The position numbers and the translations under genes are program-made. 64,000 nt of DNA from Octopus vulgaris. Lineage: Eukaryota. The notes beneath the pieces were generated by a model. The model was not told where the DNA came from. It saw nothing but the letters and a program-made list of their open reading frames with translations, and did not search any database. Positions 12,880 through 24,465 of the stretch are shown piece by piece (position 1 is the stretch's first letter; every line of letters begins with the position of its first letter). Where the stretch lies: the NCBI GenBank assembly GCA_951406725.2, contig OX597829.1, positions 47,368,001 through 47,432,000 on the forward strand, read 5' to 3'.

Positions 12880-13080
12880 CTAATTTTGGCCCAAGCCCGG
12901 CAGTTCTGAGAGGAGAGAGCAGGCGATTACATCGGCCCCCACTGCTTCATATCATCGACCCAAAATGACGAAAGACACCGTCGACCACGGCGGAATTTGA
13001 ACTCAGAAGGTAATGAACCGAAAGAAATGCTGCTAAGCATTTCGTCGACATGCTAATGATTTTCCCAAGTTTGCCGTCTT
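12880..13080 (-). mobile_element. SINE-B, degenerate (tail 2)
   Basis: ggcggaatttgaactcagaa, gctaagcatttcg. Confidence 0.75.
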
Positions 13081-13126
13081 ATTTATGCTTATAATATTTA
13101 GACGTGATAGGCACGACTGGAGTATA

Positions 13127-13615
13127 GTTCGACTTTGCCTTTCATCCTTTCGGGGTCGATTAAATAAGTACCAGTTACGCACTGGGGTCGATATAATCGA
13201 CTTAATGCATGTGTCTGTCCTTGTTTGTTCCCTCTGTGTTTAGCCCCTTGTGGGTAGTAAAGAAATAGGTATTTCGTCTGTCTTTACGTTCTGAGTTCAA
13301 ATTCCGCCAAGGTCGACTTTGCCTTTCATCCTTTCGGGGTCGATAAATTAAGTACCAGTTACGCACTGAGGTCGATATAAACGACTTAATCCGTTTGTCT
13401 GTCCTTGTTTGTCCTCCCTGTTTAGCCCCTTGTGGGTAGTAAAGAAATAGGTATTTCGTCTGTCTTTACGTTCTGAGTTCAAATTCCACCGAGGTCGACT
13501 TTACCTTTCATCCTTTCAGAGTCGATATTAAGTACCACTTCCGTAGTGGGGTCGATCTAATCGACTGCCCTCCACCCCAACCCCCAAAATTTCTAGCCTT
13601 GTACCTATAGTACAA
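13127..13615 (+). mobile_element. SINE-B trimer
   Basis: Junctions aaagaaata|ggtatttcgtctg at 13268 and 13450; last unit has tail 2. Confidence 0.9.
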
Positions 13616-14193
13616 AAGAATACAATAAAAGTAGCTAAAAATTGTAAAACATATTTTAAAATTTATTGATAATTTTCCCCAGAATTTCTGCAAAGTTTTA
13701 TTTACATTTTCTTTTAAATTAGTTGATCTTTACCGAGTGAAATGGGGTGATTTACCCGATGATGGGAAAGCATAGCAAAAGTCGTGCTAGTTTAGCTATC
13801 CTGGATCAGAAATCACCTGTTGCTTTAACTTATTCATAACACTCACAAATGACAAATGTGAGAATATTTATATCTTTTAGAAAGGAAATGCCACAAAATG
13901 ACTTTTTGCAGAGTAAATTTCACAGAAACCTTCAGTTTCTAATTTCTATTTATTTAAGCTGAGCTTAAAAACTCCTTAGAAAATGAATTTCCCCTCAGCT
14001 GTTTTTGGTATTCTTGTTTGTTCTGTGTATGAAAGACAGATTACATTTCAACTGGTTTGTTTTTAAAGTTTACGGTGATTTTCAACGAATAAGTTCAAAG
14101 TTTGTTTTACAAGTCAGGTAGCTAAATAAACTACAAACTTAACTAAACACATGCTAAGCATGTGTTGAAAAGCAATTAAAAAATTTCTACACA

Positions 14194-14228
<35 letters not shown>

Positions 14229-14615
14229 GCGCGCGCGCACACACGAGTGAATGATAGCATCAGTTTTAATATTAGCTATGATCGTCCGATTTGAGTCTTC
14301 CGTTGAATGCATAAAAAACGAAGAGTTGCAAAATACAACGTCAATTAGAACATGGGCGCAACTCATTGAACATGAGCCAATTGCATTTCTCATGGATGCA
14401 TGCTAATTGCAAGCAGATCTAAACCTCAAAATAGTCTCAAGCTCTTCCTGATAAAAAGAAAAACGTATAAAGAAAAATGAGTACATAATTAGTAATAAAT
14501 CAATGATGAGATTATCAAGGGAAAATTAACATCAAAAATATACTTAAAATTCCAGTTTTGAGATTCTCGAACTCAATGAATGAATGAATGAATGAATGAA
14601 TGAATGAATAAATAA

Positions 14616-14656
<41 letters not shown>

Positions 14657-14657
<1 letters not shown>

Positions 14658-14834
14658 TTTATTCAAAGCAGCAGAAAATTCAACAAAACCTGTTACTCTG
14701 AGTTTCCCGTTGCCGTTCGTCGGACAACAGGTTTTGTTGAATTTTCTGCTGCTTTGAATAAAGCATATTACTCTACCACTGGTATTTGAGTACTCTTTTT
14801 TCCACCTTGTTTCACATTTATGTGTTTACTCCGG
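14657..14834 (-). mobile_element. Fold-back insert in (TA)n, probable Penelope-like terminal repeat with minimal hammerhead motif
   Basis: Perfect 38-bp inverted arms 14657-14694 / 14726-14763; minus strand of the loop reads CCGACGA-ACG GCAA CGG-GAAA-CTC A GAG-TA-ACAG. Confidence 0.7.
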
Positions 14835-15298
14835 TATATATATATATATATATATATATTATTTGAGATCACAATACCTCTACTTGTAGGTGTGTGTGAT
14901 CGTGAGCAATATAATTATAAGTGTCAAAGTTTTAAAGAGGAAGAAATGGGATAACATTCAAAAAATGACTTTTCGGATATGATTCTGGCCTTCCTTCCTA
15001 TCTCTACCAGTCATTTCTTGGAGAGAAAAGGTTATTAAAAAAAAACAACACACTTTTGAGAAAATAAAGCAGCCATTTTGACCAGGCTTAATCACATAAT
15101 TAAAATAGCTTTATAAATAGTTATGTTTAAACTTAATTGAAATAGCTTTATAAATAGTTGTTTAATTATTGTTTCATTGTTTTATTTTCCATATTGCTTT
15201 CTTTGCGTTTATTTATAGGACGTTTAAGCTATTATTGCTTGGCCACTAATTGTCGCTTGCTAAAATTGTAAACTGACCCACTTCAAGCCACTCAACTT

Positions 15299-15354
<56 letters not shown>

Positions 15355-15655
15355 ATGTGTGAGGAAGATTGATTGATTTTATTGATACCGTTAAGACAGT
15401 AAAAGTTCCCATTGCATTCTGTCGTGTCAAGACTTGAAAACAGACAGTAAAGAAAAACAATGTTCCGACGAGCGCCAAGGAAGAAAAAAATCGCCATTTC
15501 TTTCTTTTTTTTCGAAGGGTATAATTGTAGAAATAATCTTAGACGACAATCAAATACCGCTAAAAGGTTATTTACTACTCGATGATATTTAAGGTATCTT
15601 CGTTTTGTATTTAAGTACACAGTGTTCCATATGTATACTCATGCACATACGTACG

Positions 15656-15686
<31 letters not shown>

Positions 15687-15909
15687 GCATAAATATACAA
15701 ACAAAAAAATGTGTGTGTGTACATATAACACCTGCATACATAAATATTTTATATATTCGTATTTACGTTCACATACATTTGCATGCATAAATATGTAAAA
15801 AATTTTTAAAAAATAAAATAAATTTTTTGATGCAGTAAAGTTGGCAATGTTCATCGTTCCAAATAGATAGAGAGATATAGAGATAGATAGATAGATTCAC
15901 AAAAGATAT

Positions 15910-16470
15910 GGCATGTAGGAAAGAAAACGTAACTATGAGGAATATTATGGGTGAGAGGATCTGATGTTAAGACCCGAAACTCCGTGACACCCCAGAAAAA
16001 TCAGTAGCGATGCATCCCAGAGCATCTTGCGTGATGTCTAAATAGGAAGACTCTTCACCTTACTTACATGCTGATGTGTTTAAAATAGTTGCTTCACAAC
16101 GCTGCTTGAATGTGTACGTAAGCATATTTACAACAAATCAATAATTAGATTAATTAGACAAGTGACATTCATGCTTTTCCAGTGCGGAATACAAAAGGTA
16201 AGAAAGTAGATAATCTTAGCTCTCGTGGAAACGGATCGTAGGCTTGCATTATTCCAATGCCACATATTCTTAAATGCTTCATACATGCACCATCGTGACG
16301 GTGGAGGAATCTGCTGTTCTTTAGCTATACCAGATCCCGGAGAACAATAACCGACTGTATTCCATCTGTAATCATCCGGCCTTTTTTTCCCAGAGACATT
16401 GTCCAATTGTGTTCTCGGTGGAGCCTTAAAACATTATTTCAAGAGAAATAACTAAGTAATGTACTAGTAT
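15910..16470 (+). pseudogene. Decayed Tc1/IS630-family transposase relic
   Basis: Collinear remnants across frameshifts: P*HPRKISSDASQSILRDV (GRPRK-like), DRRLALF, HHRDGGG, FSYT..PGE, a corrupted FQQDN-like segment, SLKTLFQEK. Confidence 0.5.
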
Positions 16471-16585
16471 TTAAATTATAAATTTTATTCTTTGAATACG
16501 TTTCGGATGTGCTTCATTTTTCCATCATTTTAATCACTAATTGATTTCATTGGGTGGAAGATAGGATGAACAAAAACGGAGTTAC

Positions 16586-16641
16586 AATCTGATCTTTAAT
16601 AGTAACGACTCTGCAGAGTCGTTACTATTAAAGATCAGATT
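16586..16641. repeat. Perfect 56-bp spacerless palindrome
   Basis: aatctgatctttaatagtaacgactctg|cagagtcgttactattaaagatcagatt. Confidence 0.95.
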
Positions 16642-16807
16642 TTCTACTAACTTCGACATTTAATGAACTCGTATGTTTTAGGGTTTCTGTTTCGCCAGAT
16701 CTTATAATTTAAATAAAGAAGTTCCTTCACTAAGTGATTGTAATTTTATTTTTTAGTTTACTACGCAAAGTATACTAGCGTATATTTTACTTTTAAGAAT
16801 TCATATT

Positions 16808-17007
16808 CTCTCTTTACTCTTTTACTTGTTTCAGTCATTTGAAAGCGGCCATGCAGGAGCACCGCCTTTAGTCGAGCAATTCGACCCCGGGACTTATTCT
16901 TTGTAAGCCCAGTACTTATTCTCTTTTTGACGGGGACGTAAACACACCAGCATCAGTTGTCAAGCAATGCTAGGGGTACAAACACAGACACACAAACACA
17001 CACACAT

Positions 17008-17044
<37 letters not shown>

Positions 17045-17216
17045 CATATATACGACAGGCTTCTTTCAGTTTCCGTCTACCAAATCCACTCACAAGGCAT
17101 TGGTCGGCCCGGGGCTATAGCAGAAGACACTTGCCCAAGATGCCACGCAGTGGGACTGAACCCGGAACCATGTGGTTGGTTAGCAAGCTACTTACCACAC
17201 AGCTACTCCTGCGCCT
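16808..17216 (-). mobile_element. SINE-A full length (small internal deletion)
   Basis: Reverse complement of the 7495 copy. Confidence 0.92.
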
Positions 17217-17772
17217 ATTGCCAACCTTTTTTTTTTTTTTGCCTTTTTTTCTTGAGCCTGTTAGTATGTGATAAACTGCAAGGAAGAAAACACATCACTA
17301 CGAACATTCGAAAGAAAATCAAGAACGTGATATTCTTAAGAGTATTAAGTCTCATAGGTGGATGTTAAATACTTCAAATAAACAAACAAGTGACTTTTTT
17401 TCTTTCAACACCATCACTAATTGATTTCATTGGGTGGAAGATGGGATGACCAAAAAAAACGGAGTTACATGTTTGGACTTAGTGATTTCACTAAGGCTTT
17501 TTACGTTTAAGAATATCATACGAAGATGGATGTATTTATTTAAGTTTGAAAAGTCACTTGAGATGTGGGGGATTCAATTGCTGAAAAAAGAGCGCGATTG
17601 GTTTGCAGGTCAGACCAAGCTGTAATGTGTAGTGTGTAGTGATGATGATTGTGACTGATATACTTAATACTAGTAAAAGTTCAACTTTGGACTTTAAGGA
17701 AACTGTTGTATCAAATAGGACATGGTGAAGTTGGTGAATATGTTCACTTTTCGTTAGAAGTGAACAATCTAA

Positions 17773-18003
17773 GGCGGCGAGCTCGGCAGAATCATTAGCA
17801 CGCCGGGCGAAATTCTTAGCGTTATTTCTCATCTGCCGTTACATTCTGAGTTCAAATTCCGCCGAGGTCGACTTTGCCTTACATCCTTTCGGGGTCGATA
17901 AATTAAGTACCAGTTACGCACTGGGGTCGATATAATCGACTAATCCTTTTGTCTGTCCTTGTTTGTCCCCTCTGTTTAACACCTTGTGGGCAATAAAGAA
18001 ATA
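17773..18003 (+). mobile_element. SINE-B full length with TSD
   Basis: TSD agaagtgaa(c/g)aatctaa at 17756-17772 and 18004-18020. Confidence 0.92.
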
Positions 18004-18030
18004 AGAAGTGAAGAATCTAACGGTTTAGAA

Positions 18031-18342
18031 TAGTCGTTCCCTAAGTTGGTGATACAGCCCCCACCCACCCCGGGAGCGGTGGAAATATCTAGAAGGAGAG
18101 GACAGTGAAAGCAAATGGAGCGATAACGGGGTGGCCAAAAGAGGCGGGGGTGACGCGATTGATGTAAAAAAACAAAAAAAAAAACAAATAATGAGTTAAT
18201 TAGGATCAGTTTTATTTATGAAATACATTGTTTTAAATTTGCTGCAGAAAGTAGTCTAAATTTGGTGCTGAGTGGTGGGAGCACTAGGAATGTGGGCTGG
18301 GTGCCAAGGGAACGGAAACCCGAAAAGGTTTGGGAATCGCTG
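18031..18342. mobile_element. hAT-type MITE
   Basis: Ends tagtcgttcccta ... ttgggaatcgctg; 8-bp flanks gtttagaa / gtgaagaa. Confidence 0.6.
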
Positions 18343-19184
18343 GTGAAGAACATTGCATTTCGTTTAGTCGAGAAAGAGATAGGTCGTGGACAAATATGGA
18401 CTTATATATTGTGTAGATACGCATATACTCCGACGGTATTTAGGATATTTCTCAAATAGTTTTCTTTACCCGCTGGAATGTGTTTAACGTGAAGCATCGA
18501 ATGTGTATAACGTGAAGCAGAGTCGAAACAAGCGCTATGCATTAAGTAATTATGTTTCAACATGTGAAACAATAATCATGCATATCTTTATAAGCTTCAC
18601 AGCTAATAACAGATATAAGCGAATTAAGGGACTAGTTTCACAAATGCTTTTGCAACGAAACACAAAGACCTTGAATCGTTTATTTAGCCTAACAGCTACT
18701 GAAATACTTACCCTACTTCATGTACTAAATATTTTTTCACCTGTTCATAAACCCAACCCTGTGTGTGTATGTGCGCGTGTATGTGAAGTTGGCATTTCGA
18801 AATGCATATTGGATTTGTTGCAAGTTGAACAATACAGTGGTAAGGAAATATTTTCACGATAGGTTAGAAAGCAACAGGTGAAATTTATACAGCACATATA
18901 TTTCAAAATATTTAGGTTAGTGCAGGGCTGATAGGGAACGTGCGCAGTGTCATTTGAGTAGCAGTATGTTTTTGCTAAATACGAGAACTTGTTCGTTGGC
19001 AGGGATGTCATGCAGAGAAGAGGGTGGATGCAACTGATAAATTTAAATTGAGTGTGGCTGTTAAGTTGTGTTATTTGAGAAGCAATAATGCACAGACCTG
19101 GATGCGTGTTTAAGAAGTTTGCTTCGCAGCCACGAGATTTCAAGTTCAGTCCCACTTTATGCAAGTGTTGTAAGTATACGTGAT

Positions 19185-19510
19185 GAAGGCATGTGACTCA
19201 GTGGTTAGAGGTATTCAGCTCAAAATCATAAAGTCGAGAGTTCGATTCCCGGCGACGCGTTGTGTCCTTGAGCAAGACACTTTACTTCATGTTGCTCCAG
19301 TCTAATTAGCTGACGAAAATGAGTTGAACCTGGAATTAGAAAGGGCCAGCTTTGTCACATTCTGCGTCACGCTGAATCTCGATGAGAACTACGTTAAGGG
19401 TACACGCGTTTGTAGGGGCGATTAGCCACTTACAGGTTATTAATTTCAGGAGCAGGCTGTTCCGTTGTTCGGATCAACTGGAACCCTCGTCATCGTCGTA
19501 ACCGATAGGG
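19185..19510 (+). mobile_element. tRNA-derived SINE (head like 8338, tail like 9419)
   Basis: gactcagtggttagag, gagttcgattccc, gtgtccttgagcaagacactt, then gagaactacgttaagggtacacg...gagcaggctgttccgttg. Confidence 0.8.
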
Positions 19511-19546
19511 TTTCTTTCTTTTCCTTTCTTTTGTTAAATAAACACG

Positions 19547-19609
<63 letters not shown>

Positions 19610-19620
19610 CACATTTTTTC

Positions 19621-19819
19621 TTTTACTTGTTTCAGTCATTTGACTGCGGACATGCTGGAGCATCGCCTTTTAGTTGAACAAATCTACACCAGGGTTTATT
19701 CTCTGTAAGCCTAGTACTTATTCTATCGGACTCTATTGTCAAACCGCTAAGTTACGGGGACGTAAGCACACCAACATCGGTTGTCAATCGATGGTGGGGG
19801 GACAAATACACACACACAT

Positions 19820-19884
<65 letters not shown>

Positions 19885-19972
19885 CACGCGACGAGCTTCT
19901 TTCAGTTTCCGTCTACCAAATCTACTCACAGGGCTTTTGTCGGCCCGACGCTATAGTAGACCACACTTGCCC
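19621..19972 (-). mobile_element. SINE-A lacking head
   Basis: Tail, internal CA/TA repeat and central region present. Confidence 0.85.
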
Positions 19973-20625
19973 ACTAACGACATTTGTTCCACTAACCTTA
20001 TATGGTGTTGCTCCAGCATGGCTGCAGGCCAACGACTGAGAAAAGTAAAAAAAGTGAGTAATGTATTACGAATGACTTTCGTTTTTTGTTTTACTAGCAA
20101 ATATTGGCTTATGTAGATCTCCCGTTTCTCTGTATGTCTCTTTGAGTAAAAAAAGAAAAAAAAAAAAGATATTTGTATTAGAATGTGGAAGGTGTTACAG
20201 GAGAAATGTTAACCGTTTGAACTAACCAAGCAAGTTCGAAACTGATTTTGTTATGATAGCGATTAAATGCAAACATAGAAATGGACAAGCGATTCAGCTT
20301 GACAATGGGTCAACTAGCAAAGCTTTTTTTTTATTTAGGGAAAGATTATATTTAGGGTAAGATTATCGATTAGACTTTCTTTTGAATGCTTTCTAGGCTG
20401 TCGGTGTTTGAAGTACGTTTGGTATTGTACAAAACAGTAAGACGCGAGATACAGTGCAGAATTCGCCGCATGACTCACTACTTTTCAGATCAAATGTCTG
20501 AGCAGTGCATTGTCTGAATGTTGCAGACGACATGGCCTTTCACTCTCTTTATATCGATAAAATATGTCTAAAATTCTCTCTATAATCAGAGAATTGGGAT
20601 TCCTGAACGTAGCTAAATGTTACTT

Positions 20626-21006
20626 GTGGCTGTGTGGTAAGTAGCTTGCTTACCAACCACGTGGTTCGGGGTTCAGTCCCACTGCGTGGCACCTTGGGCA
20701 AGCGTCTTCTACCATAGCCCCGGGCCGACCAAAGCCTTGTGAGTAGATTTGGTGGACGGAAACTGAAAGAAGCCCGTCGTATATATGTATATATTATATA
20801 TGTGTGTGTGTTTGTCCCCCTAGCATTGCTTGACAACCGATGCTGGTGTGTTTATGTCCCCGTCACTTAGCGGTTCGGCAAAAGAGACCGATAGAATAAG
20901 TACTGGAATTACAAAGAATAAGTACCGGGGTCGAGTTGCTCGATTAAAGGTGGTGCTCCAGCATGGCCGCAGTCAAATGACTGAAACAAGTAAAAGAGTA
21001 AAAGAG
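20626..21006 (+). mobile_element. SINE-A near full length
   Basis: gtggctgtgtggtaag...gaaacaagtaaaagagtaaaagag. Confidence 0.92.
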
Positions 21007-21167
21007 TTCGAAACACAGCAAATTAGATGGCCAAAGAAATGCAAGTTAAAGAATTTCTGAGAGAACTTTTGTTACTTTTGGATACGATATTAGGGAAAAC
21101 GCTTATCGTTTACTTGTGATTTACTAGTTTGGAAGTGTTAATTTCTGAATAATCGACGATAGCATGC

Positions 21168-21752
21168 TCGGCTGTGTGATTAAAAATGCTCCCTTTTAAA
21201 ACCACGGGGTTTCTAGTTCAGCCTCATTGCACGGCACTTTTGGCAAGTGTCTTCTATTATGGCACCGGACCAATCAATGCTCGCGAAATGAATTTGGGAG
21301 GCGGAAACTGAAGCTCGTCATACATGAGCGCGTTTGGTTTGAGTTTGGCCCCACTACCACCACTTGATACCTGATGTCCCAGTAACTGAGCCGTTTGACA
21401 AAGGAGAACGATGGAATAAGTGCCGGACTTCAAAAATATAGTTCTAGGGTCGATTCGTTCTACGAAAGCCCCTTCAAGGCAGTACCCTAAAATAGTTACA
21501 GGTTCAATGACTAAAACATGTAAAACAAGAAGATAGCTCAGAAGTTCGCTAGTAGAAAGAAGCTGAGTCGATACTTATTCTATCGTTCTCTTATGGGGAC
21601 GTAAGAAAACCAACAGCGGTGATGGTGGTGGGGAACAAATACAAACGCACTAATGTGCTCACATACACGATGGGCTTCTTCAGTTTCCGTCTACCAAATT
21701 AATTTCCCTAGGCTTTGATTGGTCCGGCGCTGTAATAGCAGACACGTTCCCA
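21168..21752. mobile_element. Two degenerate SINE-A copies, convergent (21168-21530 +, 21570-21752 -)
   Basis: ggcaagtgtcttcta, ggggacgtaa, cagtttccgtctaccaaat landmarks. Confidence 0.65.
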
Positions 21753-22008
21753 AATATCTTAAATTGTTTGGTCGGTTGTGATGGTGGCAATCTCCTATGA
21801 AAGACAGATTCATGATTTTGGAAAGACGCTTATTTTACAGGCCATGGAAGGTTAAAGGACAAAGTTGGCATGTTATTCGCCAACCCCATTATTGATATTA
21901 TACTAATATCAGATAATTTTCTTCGCTGGAGCAATTCCATAAACTGCTGCACTTATTTAATGCACCAAGCGTATGTAACTGTAAGTGAATGCAAACATCA
22001 CCCCAGAT

Positions 22009-22325
22009 CAGTGTTCTGCAATATTTTTTTTACTTGAAGTACACTTATATTCTTTTCGGCTGTAAGTTCGGCTGCACACCTGAGCTTAAAATATAACTAA
22101 AAAAGTATAGGGAAAAAAATTATATTCAGGTCATATTACAACATACCTAGCATCGTCTCGTGGCACATCAGTGTGCCGTGGCATACCGGTTGCGCTTATA
22201 TTCTTTTCAAAATTCGGTTACACACCTAAGCTCAAAAATATAATTAAATTTATAGGGGAAAAAATTGTATTCAGGTTACACTGTGGCACACCAGTGTGCC
22301 GCGGAATACCGGTTGCGGAGCACTG
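22009..22325. mobile_element. hAT-type MITE with internal duplication
   Basis: TIR cagtgttctgcaa / ttgcggagcactg; TSD ccccagat / ctccagac; gtggcaca..agtgtgccg...taccggttgcg block occurs twice. Confidence 0.75.
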
Positions 22326-23094
22326 CTCCAGACTGATGAGAAGGAAATATTTCTTGACGACACTTACACTGTTTAGTCTCAAATCAAACGCGAACAAATG
22401 TTTCAATAGCGGCCATCTTGTCTTTTTCTACAACAATACTTGCAAATGTCTTTCCAGTGAGATAGGGTGTGATTTAAGGAAGATTTAGTTGCGATTTTTA
22501 GCAAATGGGGGCAACAATGTCAGGACTGGTTTCCTTGTTGGTTAACAGGGGCATCTCTTAAAGGGAATAGTATAGTTCGTCTTCTGAGTAATCTCTTGGA
22601 TTTTTTTGTATAGTATTGAAGTTAACACCAGCTGGCTTAAAGCCTGGATTATTAATGATTCACATTATCATTGTCTAAATTGGAAGCGAAACTTTAGACA
22701 CCTGTCTTACCCCAAATCATGACTGGTCCTGATTAAAGAAAATCCAGTCGTGACCATCTCATCACTTTATCTGTATCTAAGACATTAGATGTAACCTTCC
22801 TTCCCACTTTCTAAATATGTCAATTTTTAATTCGATGAGAATTTGACTGCTATTTCTAGAGGAACAACGAAGAGGCTCTAAACATGAACCTTTTGGATAT
22901 CTCCGGCTTGGTCATCTTCAATGAGGAAGCAATTAAATATTAAATAAATAGAAGGCACAGCGGGGGAACATTGACGAGCAAGTGGGAGGAGAGAGAGAGA
23001 GAGAGGAAGAAAGTGGAGGTGGGGGGAGGAAAGGAATTTGCTCTCGTTAAAATAAGACTTTTATGAGGCTTTAAAAAACTTTGTCAACGATTCA

Positions 23095-23108
23095 GTTGCT
23101 ATGGCAAC
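23095..23108. promoter_or_regulatory. RFX X-box motif GTTGCTATGGCAAC
   Basis: Matches the X-box consensus GTHNYY-AT-RRNAAC, in unique sequence downstream of a GA-rich tract. Confidence 0.55.
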
Positions 23109-23131
23109 GCCAGATTTCGCTGGTATAGAAG
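23101..23131 (+). CDS. Candidate first coding exon MATPDFAGIE (phase 1)
   Basis: gctATGG Kozak-like context followed by the strong donor AAG|gtaaga. Confidence 0.35.
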
Positions 23132-23258
23132 GTAAGAGGAAGGAGATCAACGGCTTTGGTGTATCAACTTACACATGTTACTTTGTCTCGAGTGCAAGTT
23201 AAGAAAACGACAACAGGTAAATGAAAAAAAAAAAAAAAAAAAGCGGGCCTTATTGCAT

Positions 23259-23293
<35 letters not shown>

Positions 23294-23590
23294 TAACGCA
23301 CGCAAAAATCTTCACTGCTGTAGCCACAGCAATACCTGCTGTTTGTATGAAAACTAACCACTAACTATATAAACAGGCATGCCGCACTTTACATCGTTGT
23401 TTTTCAAAGAAATTATTCAGAAAAATATAAAAAATAAATCTAGATTTCAAACGATTTATTCGATTTTACGTCGGTCTCACCGAGCATTATTATTATTATT
23501 ATTATTTTCTTTAAGCCTAAAATCCAAAACATATTTTGAAAATCTGAAACCAATAAAATACCCATGAAAATATATATATATATACAAACC

Positions 23591-23804
23591 TATTTCTTTA
23601 TTACCCACAAGGGGCTAAACACAGAGGGGACAAACAAGGACAGATATAGGTATTAAGTCGATTACATCGACCCCAGTGCGTAACTGGTACTTAATTTATC
23701 GACCCCGAAAGGATGAAAGGCAAAGTCGGCCTCGGCGGAATTTGAACTCACAACGTAACGCAGACGAAATGCCGCTAAGCATTTCGCCCGGCGTGTTAAC
23801 GTTT
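23591..23804 (-). mobile_element. SINE-B
   Basis: Near-consensus reverse copy. Confidence 0.92.
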
Positions 23805-23951
23805 ACCGAAACAGATCTAAGCTTAAGTTGCATGTCTTGGAAATAATTACCGATGCAATACGAAAATAACATTTTAAAGATTTAACTCGAAAAATAGAGT
23901 AAGCTGAGATATGCCCGCCTGTATCTATACTTGTAACGATATAACGTTTAA

Positions 23952-24300
23952 GCGGCGAGCTGGCAGAAACGTTAGCACGCCGGGCGAAATGCTTAGCGGT
24001 ATTTCGTCTGCCGTTACGTTCTGAGTCCAAATTTCGCCGAGGTCGACTTTGCCTTTCATCCTTTCGGGGTCGATTAAATAAGTACCAGTTACGCACTGGA
24101 GTCGATATAATTGATTTAATCCGTTTGTCTATAATTGTTTGTACTTTCTGTGCTTAGCCCCTTGTGGGTAGTAAAGAAATAGGTATTTCGTCTGCCGTTA
24201 CGTTCTGATTTCAAATTCCGCCGAGGTCGACTTTCCCGTTCATCCTTTCGGGGTCGATTAAATAAGTACCAATTAGGCCCTGGGGTCGATATAATCGATT
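23952..24300 (+). mobile_element. SINE-B dimer, second unit cut by a fold-back insert
   Basis: Junction at 24182 (aaagaaata|ggtatttcg). Confidence 0.9.
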
Positions 24301-24465
24301 TAACGTGACAGTCCCGTATGGGTATTACACCACCGCTGTTTAGCCCTAGAAGCATCGAACGCTTCCTGTCGGCTAGCGTTCGATGCTTCCTAGGGCTAAA
24401 CAGCGGTGGTGTAATTCCCATACGGGACTGTCACGTTATGTTGACAGTATACAACCACTCTATCG
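24301..24465. mobile_element. Fold-back insert (~63-bp arms) with one-sided extension
   Basis: Arms 24301-24363 / 24375-24438, 11-nt loop; right-arm end plus extension recurs at ~47830-47886. Confidence 0.75.

Noticed and set aside
13127-13615. CRISPR-like or satellite array
   Set aside because: Units are ~180-bp SINE bodies without unique spacers; eukaryotic context, no cas genes
15098-15165. Small tandem duplications here and at 30682-30750, 39795-39836, 46275-46326, 46552-46592
   Set aside because: Ordinary slippage duplications with no further structure
16183-16197. 15-nt micro-exon ttttccag|TGCGGAATACAAAAG|gtaaga
   Set aside because: Lies inside the Tc1-like relic, has a weak polypyrimidine tract and no other support
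23803-24096. Recurrent peptide RPRKDERQSRPRRNLNSERNGRRN
   Set aside because: Antisense translation of SINE-B
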